Shown: piece by piece, positions 33,968-44,196 of the stretch
Position numbering within the stretch: position 1 is the stretch's first letter
How the letters are laid out: each line of letters begins with the position of its first letter
DNA from: Trypanosoma brucei
Lineage: Eukaryota
Direction: 5' to 3'
Length of the DNA stretch: 64,000 nt
Assembly (NCBI GenBank): GCA_000002445.1
Contig: CP000067.1
Coordinates: 256,001-320,000 of the forward strand
The notes under the pieces: model-generated
Databases searched by the model: none
Told to the model about the DNA's origin: nothing
Seen by the model: only the letters and a program-made list of their open reading frames with translations
Translations under genes and position numbers: made by a program

Positions 33968-34686
33968 CGTGTCTTCTCAACCTTACCGTGCACGAAGAAT
34001 TTGAATTTAAAAAAAAAGCAATTGGTGAAGGGGTGGCTCCACCTCAATTATGCCTTCAGTTGGCCTCTTCCCTTATTTTTCCTTCTGTTCCGTTTTGCTC
34101 GCCTTTCTCTGTTCTATTCTCAAACTGTATGAATAACTACCTGCTTTGAGTACCCGAAGGGTGCGAACTTAAATCCCTGAAAAGGTGCACCAACGTTGTC
34201 ACAAAGCGGGGCGTGACGACCGAGACAGGTCGTCAAAAAAAAAAAAAGAAGGGGAAAGAAAGTGAAAATAGGTGTAAAGAAGAGAAGCGAAGGAAAATAA
34301 AAGTTAGAAACATAAAATGGATAGCACCACCGCGTGTGGGCTCCAAAGTAATAAACACGAAAACAAGGTTGGGGATAGGCAAAATACAAAACACCACTTC
34401 ACGCAGCACCTACATCCGTGGAAGAAAGGGGGATAGGGAGTCTAGAAAACTTGTAAATATGCGCATACGCAAACAACAGTATCTCCGAGTCCTTAAGTAG
34501 GAAAAAAAAGGAAAAAAAGACTCTCCTCTCCCTTTTTACTTCAGAACTCAATCGGAACCGCAGTGCCAGAGCAACTTTAATAACTTTCTTGCGAGCGTGC
34601 ACAGTGGCCTCACAGAAGGGGGGGGGTTAATGGAAGTAAGAACTACACCCAACTATTCACTGCATTTTTATCGTTGCGCATGTTTC

Positions 34687-36591
34687 TTAGTCAGCTTTTA
34701 TGGAGTTGTAAATAGTTCTCACAAACACAGCCGATGCGACAAACCCCATCGTGCCCAAGAAAACGGCAATGAACACCGAAACCTCAAAGGTGTACACCAA
34801 AAAAAGGATCACAGAAAGTGGCTGACGAATTTCCAGCGCTCCGTAGAGATACACAACACTATAAAGAAAAAAGTACACGCCGCAGCTTCCGGATGTACAA
34901 AAGCTTCCCCACCACCACTCATAATCTTCCTCAGAAAGCATGGCATACGTCACCACAACCGCAACCTCCGCACAAACAGCGGAAATGATAAAGGACACAC
35001 CAAAAAGATAGCCAACATAGAGGAAGGGTTGACCCTTCCAGAAGGAACCCAAGACGCAAATGACCTCCATAAACGCTGCAGTGAAGGAAACAATACCGCC
35101 ACCCAAGATGAACATGTAGCGCCTCCTCACGCTTTGTTGGGAAATCGCACGCGGAATACTGCCCACTTTGGTCGGCAACACAAATGCAGACGCCCTAAAC
35201 CCAGCTGATAGGCCAATAAGCGATAATGGTACGGGGACCGCAACCCAGAGAAAGAAGAGAGTAAGAAGAACCGGCAGAGAGACAGCAGTGCTCCCGTGCT
35301 TTGACCAACTGATCATGTTCCCGGCAAGGTACCCCAACAACAGGGATAATGGAACCATAGTCACAGCGGCAATGCCGTTCTTCCATGTCCTGATTTGGAA
35401 AAACACCAGCATTTTCCCCGCCACATATCCGGAGACGCAGCTTGAACAACAGAAGAATATTATCAGATTTGTCAGCAGGTTACCGCTGTGCCAGGGTTGA
35501 TACTTTCTAACGGTCGATGAAATCACCGTCAGGACCACCACAGCCACCATCTGACATCCCGAAGAAACAAGCCCCGTCAGGACGAGGGGCCTCGACGGTG
35601 CTCTAAAGACATCGCCGCGTACAAGCTTCCATCCAGACTCTTCCTGAACGTCACCACTCACAAGCATATCGTTCTGCATAAGAAGGTCTCTACGAACAAT
35701 ACGCAACAAAACGATCATAACGAGCACACCCAGGAACCCGAGGAGAAGCATAGAATTGAACAGTGCTGTCAAGTGGGCTTTCTTCCGCTGGGCCCCTCCC
35801 AGACGCCAGTAGACGTCCCACCGTGTCACAAACACACCTTCACTACTATCCTGCTCCCATGTTACTGAATACGAATACGCCACGTTGGTGGCCCCTGTAG
35901 ATGCAGGATCGGGCCACTCGTCTACGGAGGCACCGTCCGGGGGGCACCCCGTGGGGCTGTTTAGTGTTTTTGGTTTCGCGTAGAATCCCGTCAACATATA
36001 TTCCCCGTTGGGAAGGACGGCGTAAGTTATGGTAAAATGGATATGGTTGTTTATCAAACACTTGTCACCGGCAGCCCCTTCCTCCTTCAACTTTTCGTCA
36101 CCCTTTACATGTACGCCAAGCCGGTACCCGAGTCGTAACTTCTCGGTCGTTCCTTTTTCAATCCTTTCCACAAGTGGTAGGCCAGCAAGAAACATATGAC
36201 CGCGGTAACTCTGAGTAATGAGATTATCAAGGTCCTTCTTGTCACCTTCGGTGTAACTGACAATACACAGAGGCTGGCAAGTTACGTTCCTCAGGACGTT
36301 AACGGAGTACAGCGAAGGCAAAACGTGGTTCCCGAGAAGAAGCTCCCCTAAGTTCTCCTTTCCGGATCCTTCCTTCAGAACATGTGCTGCAGGTTTGCAT
36401 GCTTTCATCTTATAGAAATCGTATGGCACCACACCTTTACTGGAGGTTAGAGAGTTCACCAAAACAGGGACCTCATCGCCCTCTTTGTACCCGATGGGTG
36501 CCGTAATCTTAAAAAACGAGCTTGAAGCCTCGTTCACAGAGAACACAAACAACACCAACACAAGCCGGTAAAAGTGAAACTTGTAGCCCAT
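34687..36591 (-). CDS. transmembrane 9 superfamily protein (TM9SF / nonaspanin / EMP70)
   Basis: Signal peptide, about 280-aa lumenal domain and 9 C-terminal TM helices; the TM9SF hallmark WKLVRGDVFRAPS is present. Confidence 0.85.
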   Translation of the reverse strand: MGYKFHFYRLVLVLFVFSVNEASSSFFKITAPIGYKEGDEVPVLVNSLTSSKGVVPYDFYKMKACKPAAHVLKEGSGKENLGELLLGNHVLPSLYSVNVLRNVTCQPLCIVSYTEGDKKDLDNLITQSYRGHMFLAGLPLVERIEKGTTEKLRLGYRLGVHVKGDEKLKEEGAAGDKCLINNHIHFTITYAVLPNGEYMLTGFYAKPKTLNSPTGCPPDGASVDEWPDPASTGATNVAYSYSVTWEQDSSEGVFVTRWDVYWRLGGAQRKKAHLTALFNSMLLLGFLGVLVMIVLLRIVRRDLLMQNDMLVSGDVQEESGWKLVRGDVFRAPSRPLVLTGLVSSGCQMVAVVVLTVISSTVRKYQPWHSGNLLTNLIIFFCCSSCVSGYVAGKMLVFFQIRTWKNGIAAVTMVPLSLLLGYLAGNMISWSKHGSTAVSLPVLLTLFFLWVAVPVPLSLIGLSAGFRASAFVLPTKVGSIPRAISQQSVRRRYMFILGGGIVSFTAAFMEVICVLGSFWKGQPFLYVGYLFGVSFIISAVCAEVAVVVTYAMLSEEDYEWWWGSFCTSGSCGVYFFLYSVVYLYGALEIRQPLSVILFLVYTFEVSVFIAVFLGTMGFVASAVFVRTIYNSIKAD

Positions 36592-37015
36592 TTCAACAAA
36601 CGGTTCTGTTGGTACTCTCCTCGGCTATGACGTATATATATATATATATTTATTTATATCTTTTACTTTGTTACGCTCCCCGCCTCTACGCTGCGTGGAT
36701 GAATTAGCCTCAGACCGTTTCTATCAACTGCTATTAAAAGGGAAAACTAGATAACCCTCGCTACTCAAAGGTCTTCATTGAAAGTGCCAACGCATACACA
36801 AAGAGCCGGAGAATATTGCAGAGGGCAAACGCGATTAAATCATGCAACTTCAGTAGGTCTGACAACATACAAGCCTTCAACCGCAACGGTGGCAGTCGTC
36901 CCCTCATCAGAGTAGTGAATCAAAAAAATTAATAAAAACCAAATAAAGTTAGAAATGAGCAAAACCGATGTACAGCAGCTTCAGCACATTGCGGGACAGC
37001 TCCCATGCCACAGAC

Positions 37016-37495
37016 TCAATATGGAATCATTGCCTCGTAGTCTGCCGTGCGGCGCGCCAGCACCTCTACTTTCTTGGGGCAAACAAATCCGCCGTTGCGG
37101 TTGCTCACCTTTTTGGGTGGAAGTGGGGTTCCCGCCTTCTTAGCAGCCCGAAATGCTTCAAGGTCCTTTAGCTTCTGCTTGAATGCCTCCTGGCAGCGAG
37201 ACTTACGCACGTGCTCAAAACGCACACAGATGCGCTTGCGAACTGTACGGTTCCTCACCGGTTTGTTGATAATGACACCAACACCACGCGGTGTCACATT
37301 CCATACAATGCCGGTTCGGCCGTGGTAATACTTGTGAGGCATTCCAGCACGTACAGCAGCGTCCGCTACGACGTCAACGTAGTCACCGACCTTGAAATTG
37401 GTCAGTATCGTACTGACAGAAGGAACCCCGTGCTTGCGAAACTTCTTAGCGAAGAGGTGGCGGGTGCCACATTTGTACCCGTGGGAGTGAACCAT
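37016..37495 (-). CDS. RPL21: 60S ribosomal protein eL21
   Basis: MVHSHGYKCGTRHLFAKKFRKHG...YYHGRTGIVWNVTPRGVGVIINKPVRNRTVRKRICVRFEHVRKSRC is a canonical eL21 sequence. Confidence 0.9.
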   Translation of the reverse strand: MVHSHGYKCGTRHLFAKKFRKHGVPSVSTILTNFKVGDYVDVVADAAVRAGMPHKYYHGRTGIVWNVTPRGVGVIINKPVRNRTVRKRICVRFEHVRKSRCQEAFKQKLKDLEAFRAAKKAGTPLPPKKVSNRNGGFVCPKKVEVLARRTADYEAMIPY

Positions 37496-38224
37496 CGCCT
37501 GCTAAACCTAGAGCGGCACATAAACAGAAGCGTGAAGCGAAGAGGTAATTAAAGTGAAAAATGGAAATATGTAAAAACAGCGGGCACGCGGTAAAGCGCA
37601 GCCCGAATAGCCAACATTACCCCTTGCAACGAGGGCCGGAATGGCATGCACCAAGAGGATTAGTCCACCACGACAACGCAATACATCGTGCACAAAATGA
37701 CCCAAGTTTTTGTTCTTCGCCACAGATTTCAACCCCTTTCCCTCTATCTCTCCCCTTCATAACCCACACTGTCCCCTCTTGTCCCCACACACACACACCC
37801 GACGTATTTGCTACAAGTTAAGCAAACTCTCAAACACGGTATATGGGTGGAGAAGAGAAAAAGGGACGGGAAACTGTTTAGCTGCAGCGACTTCGCCACG
37901 ATGAGGTGACTCTGCAGTAGTCCAGCAATAGGGAACAAACATGGTCACTTTCTCTGCTACGGCGGACACCTAGAAAAAAATCAACTGAGTTATCGTTCAC
38001 CAACTATGAAAAACCTTTTCAATTTATTTTGTCCTGCGCCCAACATCTTTGACAATGCAATATAGCAACAGCGAGTATACACCTCTTCACGTTTTGAACT
38101 ATCCGAGACACACTCGTGAGTAGTGTTTTACCCTCATCCCTCTCTTCTGTTGATTTCGACGGCAAAGAGAGGAGAAGGGGGTCAGTGTGCCCACCAAAGA
38201 ACAGTATCGACAGTACCCCGCGTA

Positions 38225-39604
38225 CTACGAGGCTGAGGAGCATGCAAGCAAGAACAATGAATAATACGCGAAAAGCGGCATTGCAGCTACGGCAGGCAAT
38301 TTCTCTGTTGCCGAATCTGCTTTCCCCCCGCGCGACCCCTCCGTGCACGACTTTATGTCCTCCCACTTTACCCTTGTCATGGTACACGATATAAGATTCC
38401 GGCACCACGTGTTGCAGGTACCCTTGGGAAACAGTTTACCACTTGCCTTGCCGCCGCCGCTCCGTAACCGGATCCAGCGCCTCCATAGGAAGCTGTTGAC
38501 TCGAAATTTTGTAGCGAACGCGGTGAGCGCCTCTGTACTAGATAAATTCCCGACGGTTGACTCTACGTCCGGCGCCCTCCTCCACGTCGTTTTATCCAAG
38601 TAGTGATGGCGAAGGCTCTTCAGCTTCATAGTCACGTCATCAAGCTCTGCAATGAAGTAAGATGGAACATTCCCATACAAAGGCGTCAGTGACGGGATTG
38701 TAAAAGACATTATGTCAGGTCCAGCCACCTGGTATAAAAAGTGGTGAATGTGTCCGAAAATTTGCGACACCACGACACTCGCATGTTTCGCCACCAGTGC
38801 GTGGTAGCGCTCCTGAAACGAGGGTTTCCAATACATATCCTTTTCAACGGAACCGAAGGCCCCCCTGCTGAGCACGCCCCAAACGTCGATGTATGGTGGC
38901 ACGTGACTTATGATTATTACCTTCGCATTCTCCTTTTTCGCGTCTTCCAAGCTGGACTCAAGGAACTTCATCTGGTGGCATGGATCAACAACAGTGTCCG
39001 GAATAGGAACTTTGTTACAAAAACACCAGAGGACAGTGTTGAGCACAATGATCCGTAGGCGAGGTGAAACAACACGCTGATAGTACCCACATTCCCGGAA
39101 ACTTTTCCTTTGGCCCTCAGCCAAAAGGCCATTTTCCACCAATATTTCTTCCTGTTTCAGGGTGAAACTCTCCTGCTTAAATGCATCAAAGTGGTAGTTT
39201 GGCACCATATCGTTGTTTCCGAGGGAGACCGCCACACCCAGTCCGAACTCCCCTGTCTCGCCCGATTGTACAGTTTTAACCGCGGCCCGCACAATAAAGC
39301 CGAACGTGTCATTAATAGAAAACCCGCTTTTGCTGAATTTGTGTCGCTGAGCATCACCGTTGACAATAACAACATGAGGTGCTTGAGCCTCCATGTCCTG
39401 TTGAAATGATGTAATGAGTGCTTTTGGGGCATCGCAGCCCATCCGACCGTACTTGGGTGCGGGTTTGTGGCAAGAGTCGTATGCCTTAGACGTACCGTAC
39501 CCAGGGTCGTAGTGCGGATCTGATACCAACCCCACTCTCAAGGCACTACCGCCGCAAAGCGAAACAGCGGCGAAGACTAGAAGTAGTGGAAGGGCATCCA
39601 GCAT
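38225..39604 (-). CDS. calcineurin-like metallophosphoesterase, acid-sphingomyelinase-like (SMPDL3-like), with signal peptide and GPI-signal-like C-terminus
   Basis: Metallophosphoesterase motifs in order: GLVSDPHYD, VVIVNGDAQRH, VSLGNNDM, IIVLNTVLW, VIIISHVPP. N-terminal signal peptide. C-terminus ends in a hydrophobic stretch with no tail (KADSATEKLPAVAAMPLFAYYSLFLLACSSAS). Confidence 0.65.
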   Translation of the reverse strand: MLDALPLLLVFAAVSLCGGSALRVGLVSDPHYDPGYGTSKAYDSCHKPAPKYGRMGCDAPKALITSFQQDMEAQAPHVVIVNGDAQRHKFSKSGFSINDTFGFIVRAAVKTVQSGETGEFGLGVAVSLGNNDMVPNYHFDAFKQESFTLKQEEILVENGLLAEGQRKSFRECGYYQRVVSPRLRIIVLNTVLWCFCNKVPIPDTVVDPCHQMKFLESSLEDAKKENAKVIIISHVPPYIDVWGVLSRGAFGSVEKDMYWKPSFQERYHALVAKHASVVVSQIFGHIHHFLYQVAGPDIMSFTIPSLTPLYGNVPSYFIAELDDVTMKLKSLRHHYLDKTTWRRAPDVESTVGNLSSTEALTAFATKFRVNSFLWRRWIRLRSGGGKASGKLFPKGTCNTWCRNLISCTMTRVKWEDIKSCTEGSRGGKADSATEKLPAVAAMPLFAYYSLFLLACSSAS

Positions 39605-40343
39605 TTACTTTCTCACGTTACCTCGTCTTTTGATATGGTCTCTACGTATTTACCCTCTCTGATGATGTGGTTGAAACGTTCCAATCGCTATGCTCCAACG
39701 AAACGGAATGGAAAGAAGTGAGAAAAGATACGGAAGGCAAATGTTAAAGGGAACAAACATCAGGATAAAACTGACGACGAGCATATACACAAGACAGCCG
39801 CCAGTAACAGGCTCCGAAAGCATGCAGACCGTTGGTACGCACGCCACAGTTATTCTATATCACCTCCGCACGTTAAAAGTTCGCTCGACATCCACAGAAA
39901 CAAAGTAAGAGAAAAATAAAGAGAAGCGAGGATGGGAAAAAAATCAAAAAAAAAACTAAAGAGCCATGTACAAATGTCGCACCATGCTTCGATGCGGTAG
40001 TGACAAGTGGTACCCTGCTCTTTTGCACCCCCATTGTCGTTGCTGACTTTTGTTCCAACATCCGCCAGGTCTGCATCGGGCCTTCGGCAAAAATATCATG
40101 AGCTTCCGCACGAAACCCAGAATCAGCGTGTCTTTTGGCAAGGCAACTGCGGTCCCAAAGTAACTGTAGTGACATATCAAGACGAATAAACTACGTCAGA
40201 GAGTCAGAAAAGATGGCAAAAATGGGGTTGGAGATCGTCGAGTAAATATTCCGGGACTGATCTCCTTGTGTACGTCAAAGGACCGTCTCGGAGCGCAAAC
40301 TATCCAACACGAGGGGATACCTCCCCATTCTTTTTTCCTCAAC

Positions 40344-41870
40344 TCAATTGTAAACCTTTTGTGCGCGGGTTGAAAACAGCCGTTGCGTAACCTCACGTTC
40401 TGCCCCCGGAGGAGGGGAAAAAATAATCCGCCTGCTTCCAAAACCGTACGTCAGGGCCGCAACTAACGCCAAGCCGCCACTGCATGCGGAAATTATTGAC
40501 AGCCAAACCCCGAGGCTTCGAGACGGCAATACAGACGTAGTGCAGTAGTCAATGTCCGTCTTCTCGTAATATACCGAAGCACATATAATAAGGTGGCGGC
40601 ACCAAAAACCACAATGCTCCTTTTCAGTTAGATAGCGACCACCAGCCCGCATCCTTGAAAAAGGTTCCCAATGTGCCTCACTTTGCGCAATGGTTAGATA
40701 ATCCTCCACAGAGTATTCATTCATCCCCCTGAGCGAAACGTGGAGAATGTCTTCCAATTTGTCTCCATAAACCCATGAACCGTTCTCTACCAGATATCGC
40801 TGCTGCAACGAAACCACCCGCCCAGTGTTACTGTCGAGCGTAGCCCGTATGTAGGATGGATTGCTTCCCGCAACCGGGGAAACCGATGGAATTATGTACA
40901 TCGGAGGACCCAGCTTAGATGATGCTACAAATCCCAGTGTACCAGTATGAAAAAACTGCGCTGCGACGGTGAAGCGGTTACTGCCAATGATGCGAAGATA
41001 GGCCTCCCGAAAGTCGTTGCGCCAATAGTAGGTTGCATCTCCAACACTTTTCATACGTACCGCCTCCTCAACATTGAGTATGGGAGGTTCGTTACCCAAT
41101 ATTATAACACTGCGGTCCCGCTGCTTTGCCCATTCAATGGATGCCTGAAGGAATGGAAATTGCCCACACGGATCAACATCCCCAACGCTAAGAGGTGGTC
41201 TCAATGAGTTTGACCACAGTAATGTGTTGAGGACAATTACTCGAATCTTTGTTCCGGCTACATCACGATAGTAAAAGCCACAGTAAGACATGTGTGAATG
41301 TTCCTCTCTTGTAAGCAGACCTTCGCTTAACATAAGACGCAACAGTTGTACGTACTGGGGTTGGGCACTAATGGGGCTGAAACTGTTAGCAGGGGAAAGG
41401 TCATTACCTCCCAGTGCCAAAACTGTTGGTTGTGATGCAGCATCCTGCGTGCCGTTTACCCCTGATGCAGAGGCAATCACACCTATCACCTCCTTCATTG
41501 TGTACTCCATTTCCGCGGGGGTAACCGTTTCCATGCTGTGGCGCATAAGACCACCAGAAAAGAGAGTGAAAGTCCCCTCCCATTTTGCTACGTCATCCAT
41601 AACGGACTGAACGAGCTTCAGTGGAGATTCACAGCCCGGGGTGACGAGTGACGCCTGCCCTTGGTTGCAAGGTCCGTACCCACCGGGTCGGCCATAGAGT
41701 ATATCGTAATTAAAGTCACCAAGTAAGGAAACAGTCAACTTCGGCAGCGTATCACGACCCAACACGCTGGTAGCGGAGGCTCTGAGCACTAATTGATGTA
41801 GTAAATCGGGCGCAATGGTCAGCGCACATACACTAAGGAAAATAACAAAGAGCGTGCAACACCTCTCCAT
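40344..41870 (-). CDS. calcineurin-like metallophosphoesterase, paralog of 38225..39604, with signal peptide and C-terminal TM helix plus cytoplasmic tail
   Basis: Collinear motifs with the neighbour: LLGDFNYD, VIVLNTLLW, VDPCGQFPFLQASIEWAKQ (against VDPCHQMKFLESSLEDAKK) and VIILGNEPP. C-terminal TM helix plus about 30-aa tail. ORF-track start 41876 is GTG; ATG at 41870. Confidence 0.65.
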   Translation of the reverse strand: MERCCTLFVIFLSVCALTIAPDLLHQLVLRASATSVLGRDTLPKLTVSLLGDFNYDILYGRPGGYGPCNQGQASLVTPGCESPLKLVQSVMDDVAKWEGTFTLFSGGLMRHSMETVTPAEMEYTMKEVIGVIASASGVNGTQDAASQPTVLALGGNDLSPANSFSPISAQPQYVQLLRLMLSEGLLTREEHSHMSYCGFYYRDVAGTKIRVIVLNTLLWSNSLRPPLSVGDVDPCGQFPFLQASIEWAKQRDRSVIILGNEPPILNVEEAVRMKSVGDATYYWRNDFREAYLRIIGSNRFTVAAQFFHTGTLGFVASSKLGPPMYIIPSVSPVAGSNPSYIRATLDSNTGRVVSLQQRYLVENGSWVYGDKLEDILHVSLRGMNEYSVEDYLTIAQSEAHWEPFSRMRAGGRYLTEKEHCGFWCRHLIICASVYYEKTDIDYCTTSVLPSRSLGVWLSIISACSGGLALVAALTYGFGSRRIIFSPPPGAEREVTQRLFSTRAQKVYN

Positions 41871-42828
41871 GGTCACCTACAACACGATACCTGACCTTTT
41901 CTTTACGTACTTTCCTACCACTGTCCACCACCAAAGGGCAGCACCGAGAGGACGGCGAAACTCAAGAAAAAGAAGAGCATTGGGAGGTACACAAAAACAG
42001 CGGCATGGGAAGGAACTCAACTGTTATGAGAGCAAAGCTAAAGAGTCGGGAGTACTGCCACCCACATTTGGGAACCGCGCCAGTACTCCACACCAACTGC
42101 CACGAGTGTGCAACGAATTCAAAACGACGAATAAAAAGTGGCTTTGTCTACGAGGCAAAAGAGTCGTTACGAAAATGACTCCAAACGTACCAAAGTCCCA
42201 CTCAGCAGCAGTACTACATAGGGGGGAGTGCGTGGAAGTAACTCAAAAAGCTGCAACCTTCCACTCACGCGAGCCAAGCTACAAAATGAGCACTTCCGAT
42301 TTTACACTGGGTCGCACAAAAGACCTAAAATGGTGCCCCAAAGTCATCGAGATAATCGGCTACAGCGTGAACAAGCACGCATCCCGAAGTGCGCCGATAT
42401 CCGGCACATGCCCTCGTCTACCCAGATCCTTCGCTTTTGCCACGTCGATGTGCAGTGGCATGCCACCAACAGTTCCCACACGAATGTGCACCGACCAAGA
42501 CTGCACCAATCAGGTCGCACCCTGGGTAAATAACCGACGCTAGGCCCACACGAAAACACACGCATACACGTGTAACAGCAAAGAACGTTAGGTAAGCATA
42601 CACTGTGGCGGGAAGAGAAATAGGGAAAGGCAGGCACGCGCTACCGTTGCATAAGCCGGATAATAAGCTTATCTCCTTTTCAGTGAATATAAGTGGCAAA
42701 AAAGCTTGTTACAACATGTGACTAAAAAGAGCAATTAAACAGCGATAAAAACAATGCGCAACGCGGTGGTGAAATGTAAGCGTACATGAATCCGGGGATC
42801 GCAGAAGCACCGAAGGTGGTCCCCAAAA

Positions 42829-43326
42829 TCATTTACTAAAGTCCTCAGCGTCAGCCCCCATCTCACCCTCCAACAACTCGTTGGAGTTGTCCACGCCGCC
42901 CATCACGCCGTAGTTCGCGCTTCCCTCTGAAATCCTCCCAGTCCGTGGGTTCACTGGATGGTCATACATAGAATCGAGGTCCGCCGCGTAGGGCACGCCA
43001 CTTTCCTGCAAGGATCCCTGCATTTTGTGAACGGGTCGGGGGTATGGAATGCGATAATGCACTCCAAGCTCGTAGCGCATTTCCGCCTCACGCAGCTTCC
43101 GCTGTATCATTTCCACGTCGGTAAGTCGAGCATTTTGACGAAACAGCCGCCTTGACTCCTCCATCACATACAACGCATCGTCGTCCGTCTCCCATGGTAC
43201 CGTGAAAGCCGCTTTAAGAAACTTTCGGTACCAGGAAAGAGCCTGTGAGCGATACGGGTTGTTGCACAGTACGGCCCCTGCAGCCTCATACGGCATCCCT
43301 AAAACACACGGTGTCTTGCTATACAT
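42829..43326 (-). CDS. LYR-motif protein (Complex1_LYR family; NDUFB9/NDUFA6-like)
   Basis: LYR/LYK signature ALSWYRKFLKAAF near the N-terminus, then a helical segment and HYRIPYPRP, as in complex I LYR subunits. Confidence 0.5.
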   Translation of the reverse strand: MYSKTPCVLGMPYEAAGAVLCNNPYRSQALSWYRKFLKAAFTVPWETDDDALYVMEESRRLFRQNARLTDVEMIQRKLREAEMRYELGVHYRIPYPRPVHKMQGSLQESGVPYAADLDSMYDHPVNPRTGRISEGSANYGVMGGVDNSNELLEGEMGADAEDFSK

Positions 43327-44025
43327 CCACTTCCCCCCCCTCCTCTATGTGTACGGTCACCGCCCCAATCAAAATGAGCGGGGAAACCCCGTTAAATTTA
43401 GGAGCAAAGGAAAGTCGCAGAGGGAGTGGACCAACAAGTTACCAGATTAATAATAAAGAGGAGGTGGGTGCTCATTCCTACCGCAATAGAAAAGATCCAA
43501 AGTGGTGGACTCGGGGATGATTAGCAAAGAAGTAGGGATCCATTGGATTGAAAACGCTCGGTTAGTTCACTCCGTACACGCACACCTCAGCTACTTCATT
43601 CAGCACACGTGCGCTTGTTCGTAACAGCAGCATGACAAATGCACGGACAAACGTCGACAGCGGAGAAACACAATCTTATCTTCTCTTGATTCTCCGTTTA
43701 AAAGGCGGGGAAGCTCACCATTTTCTGTGTTGCCTCTTTACCCTCGGAGTGTCATAATGTATTTCAAATGATTGTCACGCAACAACGGGCGTCTCCCCCG
43801 TTATTCTGCTACCTCTTCCCACCAAAGAGAATTGGGTTGGGATCGCTAAACACAACAACAGCCTCGTACCAAACTAACTCTGGAGGCCAATCAGAGATGA
43901 CGACTGCTCTAACGAGGGGTAACGTTGCGATCGACACAACGGTAGATTAAACGATCAATGCGCACGAGAGTCAGCCCTTTGACTAGCTCGCACCACATGT
44001 CGTGGTGCCCACCCACGTAGTAAAC

Positions 44026-44026
44026 A

Positions 44027-44061
<35 letters not shown>
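44026..44061. repeat. (CA)n microsatellite, about 18 units
   Basis: Run of acacac... at 44026-44061 in an intergenic spacer. Confidence 0.9.
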
Positions 44062-44063
<2 letters not shown>

Positions 44064-44196
44064 GCACCTACTAACCAAATGTACGGAGCGTCACGATTGT
44101 GGTACGGGCGGGGAAAACGAAACATGAATCGAACGGGAAAAGAGGATAACAGACCTCCGGAACACGGAAGTTTTGCATTCACCACATCCCTTAAAC

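Noticed and set aside
41815-42543. 242-aa plus-strand ORF, with an overlapping 101-aa plus ORF.
   Set aside because: It is on the opposite strand to a 56-kb unidirectional gene array and overlaps the 5' end of the 40344-41870 gene. It is Arg/Lys-rich and low-complexity. Trypanosome polycistrons do not carry antisense protein genes.
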